Shown: piece after piece, positions 62,077 to 62,614 of the stretch | Layout: each line of letters begins with the position of its first letter | How positions within the stretch are numbered: position 1 is the stretch's first letter | Assembly: GCA_016781485.1 (NCBI GenBank) | Contig: JADDQH010000005.1 | Location: forward strand, 1 to 62,614 | Length of the DNA: 62,614 nucleotides | Reading direction: 5' to 3' | Origin: Chloroflexota bacterium | Lineage (GTDB): Bacteria; Chloroflexota; Limnocylindria; Limnocylindrales; CSP1-4 | Notes under the pieces: generated by a model | Database searches by the model: none | What the model was told of the DNA's origin: nothing | The model's input: the letters and a program-made list of their open reading frames with translations, nothing else | Translations under genes and position numbers: made by a program

Positions 62077-62614
62077 ATGGAAATAGGAGAAGCGACGACT
62101 GCCGGTCGTCGTCGGACGTTGATGCGCGTCCGCGCCGCGGCGCTACTTGCATCAGTCATGCTCGCAACCTGGGCGATCTTCGGCGGCGCCGGATTCGTCT
62201 CCGCCAGCCACGCGACCGACCTCAAGCTGGTGGAAGCGGATCGAGAGTGCCAGGACGCCGGCTTCGACTTCGGCTTCAAGCTCGAGATCAAGGGCGGCCA
62301 AAAAGCCGGGACGTTCACGTTCTCATCGCCCGACCACACGGTCACGGGCACGATCACGTTCACGGTCGAGGAGAAGGAGGTCCGCGGCTTCCAGAACCTC
62401 GCCACGGTCCCCCCGTTCGACGGACTGCTCGTCAAGGTGGGTACCGAGACGATAGTGCGCCCCGCCGGCACTACGAGCGGCCAGTTTGACAAGGGCATAA
62501 GCCACATCACTTTCTGCTTCAACAACGTGGTGCAGGCAACCGCGACGCCCACCGCGACTCCGACGGCGACTCCGACGGCGACCCCGACCGAGGCGCCCAC
62601 CGCGACCCCGACCG
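62077..62614 (+). CDS. secreted protein, N-terminal part (runs off right edge), with (TATP)n linker
   Basis: Frame is open from ATG 62077 to the window end. Signal peptide RRRTLMRVRAAALLASVMLATWAIFGGAGFVSA. Strong third-position G/C. Ends in ATATPTATPTATPTATPTEAPTATPT. Not in the ORF track because there is no stop. Confidence 0.7.
   Translation, partial: MEIGEATTAGRRRTLMRVRAAALLASVMLATWAIFGGAGFVSASHATDLKLVEADRECQDAGFDFGFKLEIKGGQKAGTFTFSSPDHTVTGTITFTVEEKEVRGFQNLATVPPFDGLLVKVGTETIVRPAGTTSGQFDKGISHITFCFNNVVQATATPTATPTATPTATPTEAPTATPT

Noticed and set aside
1-62614. Search by eye for tRNA, rRNA, tmRNA or RNase P genes, transposases, integrases, toxin-antitoxin pairs and known defence-system genes.
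   Set aside because: None recognised. The absence is based on visual inspection only and should be confirmed with tRNAscan, Infernal and defence-system HMM tools.

Overview
Very GC-rich chromosomal segment (about two-thirds to 70% G+C by eye, not computed). The host looks like a high-GC Gram-positive-type bacterium (Actinomycetota-like or Chloroflexota-like); the sequence alone cannot resolve this. I can support about 60 protein genes. I recognised no rRNA, tRNA, CRISPR array, transposase, integrase or phage genes.

Gene content:
- Housekeeping genes: dnaB, lexA, rplI, dinB, folD, fhs, argS.
- A dispersed histidine-utilisation set (hutH, hutU, hutI, glutamate formimidoyltransferase), plus a separate formimino-THF cyclodeaminase/folD/fhs folate module.
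- Two ABC systems: a DrrA-like ATPase with two ABC-2 permeases, and an NMT1/SsuA-like importer.
- A metal and redox set: MerR, DtxR-family regulator with FTR1 permease, cupredoxin, Rieske ferredoxin with its reductase, dodecin, OsmC.
- A membrane HD-GYP phosphodiesterase.
- A 1,210-aa STAND ATPase with a C-terminal SARP/BTAD DNA-binding module.
- Three Tad-type pseudopilin genes.

Most interesting observations:
1. A leaderless merR whose last codons contain a perfect Shine-Dalgarno (SD) and the ATG of a 26-aa peptide with 10 cysteines.
2. Two perfect GAAC-N4-GTTC SOS boxes. One sits in the lexA promoter spacer. The other is in front of an orphan 93-aa ORF just downstream of dinB.
3. Three conserved genes (lexA, an ABC ATPase, hutI) whose conserved N-termini lie upstream of any ATG/GTG/TTG but behind SD-spaced CTG codons.
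4. Three single-nucleotide frameshifts in otherwise intact conserved genes (FAD/Rieske oxidoreductase, fhs, MFS). This points to assembly indels or recent pseudogenisation.
5. An array of 4-5 GC hairpins with an invariant GAGGGCG loop and covarying stems, upstream of a secreted-protein gene that is missing from the ORF track.
6. A TadE-like pseudopilin fused to a PASTA domain.

Many long Arg/Pro/Gly-rich ORFs in the track are alternative-frame artefacts of the high GC content. All functional calls rest on motif and family recognition by eye, with no database search.
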